This document shows, piece after piece, positions 45,581-55,110 of a stretch of 64,000 nucleotides of DNA (position 1 is the stretch's first letter; each line of letters opens with the position of its first letter). Origin of the DNA: Alphaproteobacteria bacterium (GTDB lineage Bacteria > Pseudomonadota > Alphaproteobacteria > Bin95); assembly GCA_964291285.2 (NCBI GenBank), contig OZ219785.1, positions 704,001-768,000 on the forward strand, read 5' to 3'. The notes beneath the pieces were generated by a model. The model was not told where the DNA came from and did no database searches. It saw only the letters and a list, made by a program, of their open reading frames with translations. The position numbers were made by a program, and so were the translations under genes.

Positions 45581-47082
45581 TCTTCGCTGTCCTTTTCATG
45601 GTAGCCGGCCAGCCCGTCGTATCCGCCGAGATCGTGATCGCGCACGGCGATGTCGCGCACGCGCGGGTCCCTGGGCAGGTCGATGGGGATCGGCGGCGGC
45701 CTGTCCTGCAGTTCGCGCCGCCGTGTGAGGCTGAGGCGCACGGCATTGGGATGGGGGACGCCGCGTTCGAGGGCCTCGTCGATGGCGGCTTCGAGCTCGG
45801 CGGCGCCGTATTGGTCGAGCAGGCGCAGCAGGGCGGCGACGGTGGCGCCGATATAAGCGCCGCGGGGGGCGGCCTCGGCGATCAGGCGCTCGCTGTTGGG
45901 CGCGGCCTGGAGCAGCCGGCTCTGCCCGCGCAGGCTGCGGGCGTGACGCTTGCGCCTGACCAGCTCCTCAATGTGTTCGGGGTTCTCGATGCGGGCCGCC
46001 TTGTCGAAGCTGCGCGGATGGCGGGCGATGACCTCCATGCCGTCGAGGATGCGCACCTCTTCCAGCGTCGCGGCCACGGTGAGGGTGCGCCGGACATGGG
46101 TATGCGGGACGCTGTAGTCATTGAGGTCGAACCTGGCATAGGGGGTCTTGGCGATCCTGACCTCGACCCTCTCGTCGACGGGGGGACGGTCGTCGGGCAG
46201 CGCCATCAGGGAGCCGCGCTCGCGCTCGAAGGCCTCGCTCACGGTGAGGGAGCGGTCGTCCGGCCAGGGGCGGTCGGCGGCGACGCCCTCGCACCACTCC
46301 CGGGCCTGGGCGTTGAGATCGTCGAGGTCACGCCAGGCGCGGGCGGCGAAGAAGCTGTCGCGCACATAGCGTATGGCCCGCTCGACGCGGCCCTTCTCGT
46401 TGCCTCGGGCGACCGCGACCGGCTTCGGCAGGAAGCGGTAGGCGCCTGCGAAGTCGAGAAGCCGGGGATTGAAGCGGATGGCGTCGCCGCGCCGCTCCAG
46501 CACGACGCTCTTCAGATTGTCGTACCAGAGCTCGCGGGGCACGCCCTGCCAAGCCTCGAAGGCCTCGACATGGCCGCGCAGGAAGTTGTCCATCCCGGCG
46601 TTGAGGTAGAAGCGCAGGAAGAGGCGGCGCGAGTGGCCGAGCACCATCACGAAGGCCATCAGCGGGCGCTCCGCACGCCCGATCCTCACCTTGCCGAAGT
46701 GGGCCCAGTCGACCTGGGCCTGCTCGCCGGGCAGGGCCTTGAGGCGCAGATAGGCCTCGGCCACCGGCCGCGGACGCTCGGGCGCGATCATGCGCCGGAA
46801 GTGGCTCTCGCACCCCCGGTAACCGCGCTCGACCGCCATCCGGTAGAGCCGGCTGGAGGGCAACTTCGGCCAGACCGCCAGGGTCTGGCGGACGAAGGGC
46901 AGGAACGGATCGATCATCGAAGATCTGCGCCGCTTCTCAGGCGTGGGCGCCCCGGCGGCCGCCACCGCGCGCTCGACCGTGCCGTGGTGGACGCCGAGCT
47001 GGCGCGCGATCGTGCCGATCCGCCACTTCTCGGCAAAATACAGCCGCAGGATCTCGGCCCGGGTCTGCTGGTCGATCGCCAT
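45577..47082 (-). CDS. istA: IS21 transposase IstA
   Basis: PGEQAQVDW, YDNLKS, EKGRVERAIRYVR. Confidence 0.93.
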   Translation of the reverse strand: MAIDQQTRAEILRLYFAEKWRIGTIARQLGVHHGTVERAVAAAGAPTPEKRRRSSMIDPFLPFVRQTLAVWPKLPSSRLYRMAVERGYRGCESHFRRMIAPERPRPVAEAYLRLKALPGEQAQVDWAHFGKVRIGRAERPLMAFVMVLGHSRRLFLRFYLNAGMDNFLRGHVEAFEAWQGVPRELWYDNLKSVVLERRGDAIRFNPRLLDFAGAYRFLPKPVAVARGNEKGRVERAIRYVRDSFFAARAWRDLDDLNAQAREWCEGVAADRPWPDDRSLTVSEAFERERGSLMALPDDRPPVDERVEVRIAKTPYARFDLNDYSVPHTHVRRTLTVAATLEEVRILDGMEVIARHPRSFDKAARIENPEHIEELVRRKRHARSLRGQSRLLQAAPNSERLIAEAAPRGAYIGATVAALLRLLDQYGAAELEAAIDEALERGVPHPNAVRLSLTRRRELQDRPPPIPIDLPRDPRVRDIAVRDHDLGGYDGLAGYHEKDSEE

Positions 47083-47083
47083 C

Positions 47084-47518
47084 TCACTCCCTTCGCGCCG
47101 GGCGCAGGCCCGGATAGACCGCCCGGGCGCAGAACCGCCCGCAGTGATCGCAGCGGAACACTCCGGCGGGACGGTCGGGTCCGAAGGGCCTCCTTCCCGA
47201 GCGCCCCGCCGGCATGCCCGCCACAACAGGACGGCGCGGTGAACGGGTCAAAGGGTGATGCGTCACTTTCTGCGCACGGCGCCCCTCCTCAGGCGCACGG
47301 ACGCGACGGCGCTCGCGGTAGCGCCGCTGGCGTTCGGCATGCTTGTGACGGCCCCGCCGGCTGTTCTGGTAGCGACGCCCGGCAAGGCGCAGCGAGCGCC
47401 GCCGCGCCCGGCCGCTGCACGGACGCGAGCAGTAGATGTTGCCGTGGTCGCACCGCCGGCACAGCACAACCTGGCGATGGCACGAAGCGCAGGTGAACAG
47501 GCGGGCGGCGTTCCTCAT
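47084..47518 (-). CDS. Cys-rich, Arg-rich putative zinc-finger protein upstream of istA
   Basis: CASC-x6-CRRC-x6-CSRPC then basic helix; stop abuts istA start. Confidence 0.65.
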   Translation of the reverse strand: MRNAARLFTCASCHRQVVLCRRCDHGNIYCSRPCSGRARRRSLRLAGRRYQNSRRGRHKHAERQRRYRERRRVRAPEEGRRAQKVTHHPLTRSPRRPVVAGMPAGRSGRRPFGPDRPAGVFRCDHCGRFCARAVYPGLRPARRE

Positions 47519-48886
47519 CGCAAAGACCGATGAGAACGGGGTGGACCCACGCCCGAACGCCTACGATACTGCGCATACGGGCCGTGCCTTGCATGGCTCG
47601 GGGGGTGCGGCGCCGGTCGTTGCCACCTAGCAAACGGGGCCGGCGCCGCATCGTTCTCAGCAGCCCCAGTCTACCCCCTCGCGCAGCCCGGCGACCCCCG
47701 CCGACAGCGCCAGGACACCCTCCCCTCGGCAGGCGAAAATATCAACGCGACGGGGGCCGGCGACTCCAGTCGGGCTACGCCCTCCTTCCGTCCCAGGCCC
47801 CCGTCACAAACACCGCCGCACCACAATCACTGCGATCATCACGCCCCGCAAAAACGCGCAACGCCAGCAAATAAGCGCCTTTTACGACCGTCACCTACAG
47901 GAGGACGTCGCCGGGACGCTGGAGGTCATTCCGCGCCAGTGGAAGGTGATCCAGACCGTGCGCGAGAAGTTCACCTGCCGGGACTGCGAGAAGATCAGCC
48001 AGCCGCCGGCGCCGTTCCACCCGACGCCGCGCGGCTGGGCGGGCCCCAACCTGCTGGCCATGATCCTGTTCGAGAAGTATGGGACGCACCAGCCTCTGAA
48101 CCGCCAGCGCGACCGCTATGCGCGCGAGGGCGTCGATCTCAGCCTGTCGACCCTGGCCGACCAGGTCGGCGCCTGCACGGTGGCGCTGAGGCCGCTGCAC
48201 GACCTGATCGCAGACCATGTGCTGGCGGCCGAACGCCTGCATGGCGACGACACCCCGGTGCCGGTGCTGGCCAGGGGCAAGACCGACAAGGGCCGGGCCT
48301 GGGTCTATGTCCGTGACGATAGGCCGTTCGGCGGGCCGGACCCGCCCGCGGCTCTGTTCCGCTACTCGCGGAACCGGTCCGGCGACCATCCGGTCGAGCA
48401 TCTTCGCGACTTCGCCGGCATCCTCCAGGCCGACAGTTTCGCCGGCTACAACCGCCTCTACGCGGCCGGGCGATTGCCCGGACCTGTCACCGGGATCCCC
48501 TGTTGAGCACACGGGCGCCGCAAATTTTTCGAGCTTGCCGATATTGCGGCCAGCAAGGGGCGCGGCAGGAACGCGCCGCCGATCTCGCCGCTGGCGATGG
48601 AGGCGGTGAAGCGGATCGACGTGCTGTTCGGCATCGAGCGCTCCATCAAGGGCGAGACCGCTGCGCGGCGCCACGCCGTCCGCCAGGAACTGAGCGCGCC
48701 GGTGGTGGCCGAACTCAAGATCTGGATGAAGGCCGAACGCGCAAAGCTCTCCCGCCATGCCCCCGTCGCCAAGGCCATGGACTACATGCTCAAACGATGG
48801 GACCGCTTCGCCCGGTTCCTCGACGACGGACGCATTTGCCTGTCAAACAATGGGGGGTATATACATTAGTGACCACCCTCCCGGCG

Positions 48887-49039
48887 TCAGTCGGACTTCC
48901 GCTTGAGATATTCCCACTCGTCCTCGCGCTTGTTCGGCGTCGCCAGAACCGACCGTAGGATGCTCTCCGGCGTGTCTGGAATCGGCTCCGGCAGCGGGTA
49001 TTTCACGGGACGGCCACGCTTCGGCTTCTCGTCCGTCAT
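48887..49039 (-). CDS. Small basic protein at the end of the IS1595 element
   Basis: RBS GGAGG; KRGRP AT-hook-like motif, PIPDTPE. Confidence 0.55.
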   Translation of the reverse strand: MTDEKPKRGRPVKYPLPEPIPDTPESILRSVLATPNKREDEWEYLKRKSD

Positions 49040-49053
49040 GGCTTCCTCCGGGG

Positions 49054-49962
49054 TTAGATGACGCGGGCCGCGTGATGGAAGACCTCGTTCGTGAAGTCGT
49101 CCCAACGCTCGCCGTCTTGGGCAATGTCGTCCAGCAGATAGACCTTGACGCTCCCGATAGCGGCGAGGCGCGTTCTCATCTCCGGCGTGATGACGCCTGC
49201 CACTAGGAAATTCACGCAGCCCGGCGGCGTCTCGGCAAAGCTCTTCGACATGGCGCCGAGCCGTTCCAGAGCGCCGGCCGGGTCGCGGCCGCCCTTCACC
49301 TCGATTGTCGCGATGAGTTGGTCATCCCGATGGAAGTCTATATCCGGCTCTGACCCGAAGCTCATGATCGTGTTGCGAGGCAGCAAATACCGCCCATGTT
49401 CCGGGCAGTCCGGCGGAATGACGCCGTTCGCCTTCAGCCATCCCACGAGACGATTCTTGACAAGCTCCTCTGCCACATCGCCTATCCGGTTGCGGAACAT
49501 TCCATCGAGCGAAATGCCCATTGTCGCAACGATGTTCCGGTAGCCGTTTTCCAGCGTCCAAGCCGACGAGCCTTCGATGATCGACGAGATCATGGTGTTG
49601 TAGAGGCAGGCGACCTTCCGGGCCGTTGGCTCTCGAACCGGCGTCTTGCGGCTCCCGTCTTCCCAGCTATCGACAGGGGATGCAGCCTGCCCGACACGCT
49701 TGCGGGACAGGAGGGCCATGCCGCGATAGTAGAGCGAGGTCGTGGGGTGCGCGCGGAGCAAGTCGGGATGCGCAAACACCACCTTCGGCTCAATGCCAAG
49801 CGATTGCACATGGTCCCATGCCGCGCTGCTGATCATCAGTTTGTCGAGAGGGTCGAAGTCGAGCGCCGCCGCGAATTCGTCAATGAGACGGCGCTGCGCC
49901 CGATCCTTCCGCTGGCTCAGAATGTCGGCGAAAAGGCGGGAGCGGAGAACATCATCAGTCAT
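49054..49962 (-). CDS. Type II restriction endonuclease, PD-(D/E)xK, XcyI-like
   Basis: SEPDI...IEVKGG; overlaps MTase stop; family assignment from memory of motifs. Confidence 0.72.
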   Translation of the reverse strand: MTDDVLRSRLFADILSQRKDRAQRRLIDEFAAALDFDPLDKLMISSAAWDHVQSLGIEPKVVFAHPDLLRAHPTTSLYYRGMALLSRKRVGQAASPVDSWEDGSRKTPVREPTARKVACLYNTMISSIIEGSSAWTLENGYRNIVATMGISLDGMFRNRIGDVAEELVKNRLVGWLKANGVIPPDCPEHGRYLLPRNTIMSFGSEPDIDFHRDDQLIATIEVKGGRDPAGALERLGAMSKSFAETPPGCVNFLVAGVITPEMRTRLAAIGSVKVYLLDDIAQDGERWDDFTNEVFHHAARVI

Positions 49963-51346
49963 CGGCGCGCACCCATCGATAGACGCATTTCCGCAGTTCG
50001 CGCCGGCCAAATCGGGCCATCTGCTGGCTCGAATTGCCCTTGCCGCGGGGCAGCTTCCATATGTGCTCGCACCGGAAGCCAGCGCCTTCGGCGAAGTCGG
50101 CCAGAATGAAGTCCACCGGCAACTCCTCGCCGTGATACTGCACATTGTCGTTGACCATGATGACGGACCCGCCGGGCCGGACGATGCGCCCGAGCTCGGC
50201 TATGACCACCGCCATTTCGAAGAAATACTGCTCGATCAGCGTCAAGACATTCCGGTTGCTCAACTCGTCCTGCCGACCGCGCAGGATGCCCAGGACCTCA
50301 TGAACCGCGCTTTGGTCCCGATAGAGGCGTATCGCACAGTCCAAGGTCTCCCGGTGTTCCCCGTAGATCGTATTGAGCGTTTCCGTCTTCGCCTTGTTCT
50401 CAACGGTGGCGGAGAGCATTCGCTGGCGCAGGGAGGAAAATCCCGCCTGATCGAACCCCATCCATGCGAGCTCCAGCGCATAGGTCCGCGTGTAGTCGTA
50501 TCGGTTCGCGTAAGGCGGCGAGGTCACCACCATGTCGAATTCGCCGTCCGGGATGTTCTTGAGCAACTCCAGGCATGAGCCGGTCAAGAGTGTCGGCCTG
50601 CCGCCACCGAACTGCTTCTTGAGCGCCGGGATGTCGGCGGCGATCTCGTTGAGCCGCCGCTCCAGGGCCGCGCTGAAACCGGCGATAGGCCCTATGTCGA
50701 ACGATGACCGCAACTGCCTCGGAGCGCGGCTGTCCCATCGCAGATATTGGCCATCCTTGCGCGTGTAGCTGGCTTCCTCCAGGACCGACATGCAGGCCAA
50801 GTCCAACAGCGCGTGCAGCCCGCCGTTATCCATGTGCGAGAGGAACCGCCGCGCCGCCGCTATCTCCTTCTCCGTCTCGCTCGCAAAGGCTCCCTCGGTT
50901 ATGCGCACATGCGGGAACGCAAACTTGGGCGCCGCGCGCCGCGCTTTCACCGCCCGGAGAAGCGCCGCAGATTGCTTGTCAAAGTCGGACTGCGTAAGGC
51001 CGTTTGCCGCTTCGGCGATAGCGGTCCCGGCCAGAACACCGACCGGCATGATCTCGATTCCTGTTGCCGGAATCCCTTGCCCGGCGGCAACCAGGGGCGT
51101 TGTGCAAATCCCGGCGAAAGGATCAAGAACTGCCGTTGGACGCTCCTGCTGGATCAGGTCGGCGACAAGCTCGCACGAGAAGCCTTCCTTGTATTTCATC
51201 CAGCGAAGGCCCGGTGCCTGGCGGTTCCCCTGATAGGAGACGACACGGCGGCAGTAGATTTCGTTCGTGCTCAGCAGCGGGGCAAAGCGGTCCGAGAGGG
51301 CTTGCCGTTCCTCCACTGGTCCATCGTGCGGGGATATGGCCGTCAT
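49955..51346 (-). CDS. Amino-DNA methyltransferase, probably N4-cytosine
   Basis: VLDPFAGICTT (motif I) before VVTSPPY (motif IV). Confidence 0.85.
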   Translation of the reverse strand: MTAISPHDGPVEERQALSDRFAPLLSTNEIYCRRVVSYQGNRQAPGLRWMKYKEGFSCELVADLIQQERPTAVLDPFAGICTTPLVAAGQGIPATGIEIMPVGVLAGTAIAEAANGLTQSDFDKQSAALLRAVKARRAAPKFAFPHVRITEGAFASETEKEIAAARRFLSHMDNGGLHALLDLACMSVLEEASYTRKDGQYLRWDSRAPRQLRSSFDIGPIAGFSAALERRLNEIAADIPALKKQFGGGRPTLLTGSCLELLKNIPDGEFDMVVTSPPYANRYDYTRTYALELAWMGFDQAGFSSLRQRMLSATVENKAKTETLNTIYGEHRETLDCAIRLYRDQSAVHEVLGILRGRQDELSNRNVLTLIEQYFFEMAVVIAELGRIVRPGGSVIMVNDNVQYHGEELPVDFILADFAEGAGFRCEHIWKLPRGKGNSSQQMARFGRRELRKCVYRWVRADD

Positions 51347-52335
51347 GCGGCGGGCCGTGCGCCAGAGGACAGGCCATTGTCGGCAATCAGGTCGCGATAG
51401 CGCAGCCGCTTCCCGACCATGCCGATGACGACGGAGCGCATCATGTCCAGCGTGTCGCGGGGCCGGATGTTGTGACGGCCCGAGAGCTCCCTGACATATC
51501 GATCGAGGTGCTTTTCCGAGAACTTGTGGAAGGTCCCCTGATAGCCCCGCTTCAGCATGGACCAGAAGGACTCCAAGCCGTTCGTGTGCGCCATCTCCCA
51601 CACATACTTGCCGACCGAGTGATTGACCGCCTCGTGGTCGAACTCCGGCATACCCTTGTAGGCTTTCGCCTCGTCCGTATAGAGCGTCGCGCCCGGGGCG
51701 GCATGGTGGCGGACGAAGCCCTGTAGGGCCGTCGCGTCGGTCTGCGAAATGCGCTGCGCCGCGACCCGGCCGCTCTCCCGATCCTTGACGCCTACCACGG
51801 CGGCTTTGCTGACCGTCCCGCGCCCGGCGCCCGCTTCCGCCAGCTCCTTCCGCTTCGCGTTCGACATGTTCTTGCGCTTGCCACCGATGTAGGTCTCGTC
51901 CGCCTCCACCGGCCCGGAGAACATGTTGCCGCCGTTCTCGTTCCACGACTCCCGAATGCGGTGCGCCAGATGCCACGCTGTCTTCTGCGTTACGCCCAAA
52001 TCCCGGTGCAGCTTCATGCTGGCCTGCCCCTTGAGCCCGGTGTTCAGCAGGTAGAACGCCAGAACCCAGATTTGCAGGTCCAGCTTGCTGCTCTGCATCG
52101 GCGTCCCGGTGCGGACCGAAAGCCACTTCCGGCAGTCCTTGCAGCGGTGCGTCATGGTCTTGTGCGCGACCGGATGCGTGATCCGGTGACTGCCGCAATG
52201 CGGGCAAACCGGACCTTCCGGCCAGCGGACGCTCTCGATCCATGCGCGGGCCGTGTCGTCGTCCGGGAACATCCGCGTGATCTCGACCAGCGAGAGACCC
52301 TTGCGGTAGTGCTTTCCGGGAGCGTTGCGAGCCAT
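51343..52335 (-). CDS. IS1595-family transposase
   Basis: Zn ribbon CPHC/CKDC, VEADETY, LYTDE, HTNGLESFWS. Confidence 0.93.
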   Translation of the reverse strand: MARNAPGKHYRKGLSLVEITRMFPDDDTARAWIESVRWPEGPVCPHCGSHRITHPVAHKTMTHRCKDCRKWLSVRTGTPMQSSKLDLQIWVLAFYLLNTGLKGQASMKLHRDLGVTQKTAWHLAHRIRESWNENGGNMFSGPVEADETYIGGKRKNMSNAKRKELAEAGAGRGTVSKAAVVGVKDRESGRVAAQRISQTDATALQGFVRHHAAPGATLYTDEAKAYKGMPEFDHEAVNHSVGKYVWEMAHTNGLESFWSMLKRGYQGTFHKFSEKHLDRYVRELSGRHNIRPRDTLDMMRSVVIGMVGKRLRYRDLIADNGLSSGARPAA

Positions 52336-52727
52336 TTCCTGCCTCCGTCTTTATGCAAGTATAGTGACACAATCCGCCTGCCGTGGCAACAGAAAAAGTC
52401 ACTGTTCTTCGTTTTTCTGCCCCCGTTGTCCTCGCTGGAACGGCGGTCTTTCACCTCGCCATCCGGCCCGATCAGCCGCGCCTCAAACTGCTCGCCTATC
52501 GCCATGCCTTCCTCGAATTCCACTTCCAGCGGGGTGTTGCGCCCCGTCTTGGGATGCACAATCTCTGCCGGGCCGTGGAGGTGGTAATGGATGTTCTGGT
52601 CGCCGTGGATGACCGTTACGCCCCCGCCAGCTTTGATGACGAGCTTGCCCGCTTTCTTCCTGCCGAACATGCGCCTCAACCACTTCCCGCTGGCGCGCGC
52701 CGCGCCGATGATCCCGAACCACTCCAT
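52152..52727 (-). CDS. Hypothetical passenger upstream of the IS1595 transposase (3' part overlaps it and is doubtful)
   Basis: ORF fills space between IR and transposase; no recognisable motif. Confidence 0.35.
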   Translation of the reverse strand: MEWFGIIGAARASGKWLRRMFGRKKAGKLVIKAGGGVTVIHGDQNIHYHLHGPAEIVHPKTGRNTPLEVEFEEGMAIGEQFEARLIGPDGEVKDRRSSEDNGGRKTKNSDFFCCHGRRIVSLYLHKDGGRKWLATLPESTTARVSRWSRSRGCSRTTTRPAHGSRASAGRKVRFARIAAVTGSRIRSRTRP

Positions 52728-53582
52728 CCGGTCATCATGGCCGGAGTCCTCCCGGAATCCGAGTCCGTTTGGTCATTTTGGTATATAAATCCCCAAACAA
52801 TGCCGCTGGAAGGGCGCTCGGAGGTATTGCCCTCGGCCCAAGTCGTGGCTGTTCGCAGGCTCCGATCGCGGCGGCAGGCGCGCCGCCGCCATGTACACCC
52901 TCATCGGCACCGCAAAGCTCAACAATGTCGATCCCCAGGCCTGGCTCGCCGACGTGCTCAAGCGCATTGCCGGCACCCCGCAGAACCGCCTCGGCGAACT
53001 TCTTCCCTGGAACTGGCAGGACACCCGGCGGCACGACCGGGCCGCATAACCAAAGACACCGCCCGACGGTCTCCGATCAACTCCACGCCCGCCACAAACT
53101 CAGACCTCGATACACTGCGGTCTTCGGCGGATGCTTACGATCCAGGAGGCCTGCATCAAGGGCGTATCCACCCGCTCGGTCGACGACCCGGTGCAGGCGA
53201 TGGGCATGTCGGGCATCTCCAGGAGCCGGGTGTCGCGGCTGTGCGGGGAGATCGACGGCAAGATCCGCGACTTCCTCGACCGGCCGCTGGAGGGCGACTG
53301 GCCGTATCTGTGGCTGGATGCGACCTGTGTGAAGATGCGCGAGGCCGGGCGCATCGTCCCGGTCGCGGTCACCATCGCGGTGGCGGTCAACGATCGGGGC
53401 CGGCGCGAGGTGCTCGGCATGGCGGTCGGCGCGTCCGAGGCCGAGACCTTCCGGACCGACTTCCTGCGCTCGCTCGCCCGCCGCGGCCTGCGCGGCGTCA
53501 AGCTGGTGATCTCCGACGACCACAAGGGCCTGAAGGCCGCCGCGACCCGCATCCTCGGCGCCACATGGCAGAGATGCCGCGT

Positions 53583-55110
53583 GGGGCTGTTGAAAAAGCT
53601 CGATGTCTGTGACTCACTGCATCGATATCTTGTGTTCGAGGAAAGAGAGCCACCAGATGTTGGATCACAAGAGCCGCGATCAGTTGGAACTTTTCATCAC
53701 GGGCTCGCTTCGGCAGCTGGTGCCCGAGGATCATGTTCTGGCGCGCGTAGACCGGGTTTTGGACCTTGGCTGGCTGCGCGAGGAAGTGGCGGAGTGCTAT
53801 TGCGCGGACAACGGCCGGCCGGGCATCGACCCGGAAGTTGCGGTGCGGCTGATGTTGGCCGGTCTGCTGCTCGGGATCGTTCACGACCGCAGGCTGCTGC
53901 GGGAGGCGCAGGTCAACCTCGCGATCCGCTGGTTCATTGGCTACGGTCTGCACGAGCGTCTTCCCGACCATTCGAGCCTGACCCGGATCCGCCAGCGCTG
54001 GGGCGAGGAACGCTTCCGGTCGATCTTCCGGCGTATGGTGACGGCCTGTCTGGAAGCGAAGATCGCCATGGCCGATGTCGTGCATGTCGACGCGTCACTG
54101 ATCCGCGCCGATGTCAGCTGGGAGAGCCTGGTCGAGCGTCATGCTGACGAGGTGATGGCAGAGAACCGTGGCGGGGAGGAGATCGAGGCGGAGAAGAAGG
54201 GCCGGCAGAGCGGCAAGTACAAGAAGGTGAGCCGCACCGATCCGGATGCGAGCATGGCGACCACGTCGCGCAAGCAGCGTCTTGAGCCTTGCTACAAGCA
54301 GCACACGGCGGTCGACGACATGAGAGGCGTGGTTCTCGATGTCGCCGTGACGACCGGCGAGGTGAACGAGGGCGATACGATCGAGGCCCGGCTCGACGAA
54401 GTTCGCAGGATCTCGGGTCGCGAGATCGGAACGGTGACGGCCGATGCCGGCTACGCCTACGCCAAGGTCTATGCCGGTCTTGAGCGCCGCAGCATCGACC
54501 CGGTGATCCCGGCCAAGAAGGAACCGATCAAGACCCGCGTCCCCTTGCGCCGCTTCCGTTACGATGCCAGGCACGACATTCTCAAATGCCCACGCGGGAA
54601 GATCCTGCGTCCGCAACGGCGCGTAAAGCATGGCCGTTTCTTCTACTCCAGGTCCGAGGACTGCAAGCGCTGCCCGCTCAAGGGTGACTGCCTGTCGAAA
54701 GGACGCGTCAACAAGGCGGTCGTCGTCGGCGACCATTATCCGGCGCTGCTTTGTGCACGGCGCCGACGCATACGCTGGAGCGACGAGGATCGGCGGCTGT
54801 ATCGGCGTCACCGCTGGCGCTCGGAGGGCTTCCACGGCGAGGCCAAGACCTGGCACGGTTTGAGCCGAGCCGTCCGCCGCGGCCTCGACAACATGAAGAT
54901 CCAAGCCTACCTGACAGCGGCGGCGATCAACCTCAAGCGGCTCGCGGTCGCCCTTCTTGCCGCCCTGTCGGCCATCTGGACGGCTCGGACGGTCGCTTCG
55001 GGCCTCTTACGGGCCCGTCACGCCTGACCCGTCCCCAATGTGCCGGCGACCGCCGAAGCAACGGGATGAGGCGAGAACCGCGCGACAAGACTGAGTTCTT
55101 CAACAGCCCC
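53583..55110 (+). mobile_element. IS1182-family insertion sequence
   Basis: IR GGGGCTGTTGAA, TSD CGCGT (CCGCGTG if ends are drawn 1 bp shorter). Confidence 0.88.
53657..55027 (+). CDS. IS1182-family transposase
   Basis: GRPGIDPE, PDHSSLTR, VDASLI, ADAGY, EGFHGEAK. Confidence 0.88.
   Translation: MLDHKSRDQLELFITGSLRQLVPEDHVLARVDRVLDLGWLREEVAECYCADNGRPGIDPEVAVRLMLAGLLLGIVHDRRLLREAQVNLAIRWFIGYGLHERLPDHSSLTRIRQRWGEERFRSIFRRMVTACLEAKIAMADVVHVDASLIRADVSWESLVERHADEVMAENRGGEEIEAEKKGRQSGKYKKVSRTDPDASMATTSRKQRLEPCYKQHTAVDDMRGVVLDVAVTTGEVNEGDTIEARLDEVRRISGREIGTVTADAGYAYAKVYAGLERRSIDPVIPAKKEPIKTRVPLRRFRYDARHDILKCPRGKILRPQRRVKHGRFFYSRSEDCKRCPLKGDCLSKGRVNKAVVVGDHYPALLCARRRRIRWSDEDRRLYRRHRWRSEGFHGEAKTWHGLSRAVRRGLDNMKIQAYLTAAAINLKRLAVALLAALSAIWTARTVASGLLRARHA

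Larger units (their letters stand above)
43851..47899 (-). mobile_element. IS21-family element with two passenger genes
   Basis: TGT...ACA ends, imperfect ~37-bp IRs, 5-bp TSD GGAGG, istA-istB. Confidence 0.92.
48852..52793 (-). mobile_element. IS1595-family transporter IS carrying a restriction-modification system
   Basis: 23-bp IRs GGGGGGTATATACATTAGTGACC / GGGATTTATATACCAAAATGACC, 8-bp TSD CAAACAAT. Confidence 0.92.
43442..53049 (+). pseudogene. tnpC: IS66 transposase TnpC in three pieces (43442-43850, 47905-48851, 52802-53049)
   Basis: removing inserts restores KIGE|DVAGTLE and ICLSNN|AA; also TGA at 48504 in the CWAH motif and a 1-bp frameshift near 52838. Confidence 0.9.
42506..53138 (+). 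mobile_element. IS66-family element, inactivated and carrying two nested elements
   Basis: IRs GTAAGCCTTCGGCGTAGACCGC and GTAAGCATCCGCCGAAGACCGC (reverse complement); tnpA-tnpB-tnpC; no TSD. Confidence 0.92.

Noticed and set aside
48504-48506. In-frame TGA in tnpC as recoding or selenocysteine
   Set aside because: Replaces the conserved Trp in a gene already broken by two insertions and a frameshift
49955-52402. 815-aa ORF suggesting a transposase-MTase fusion
   Set aside because: Transposase is in another frame; the MTase begins at 51346
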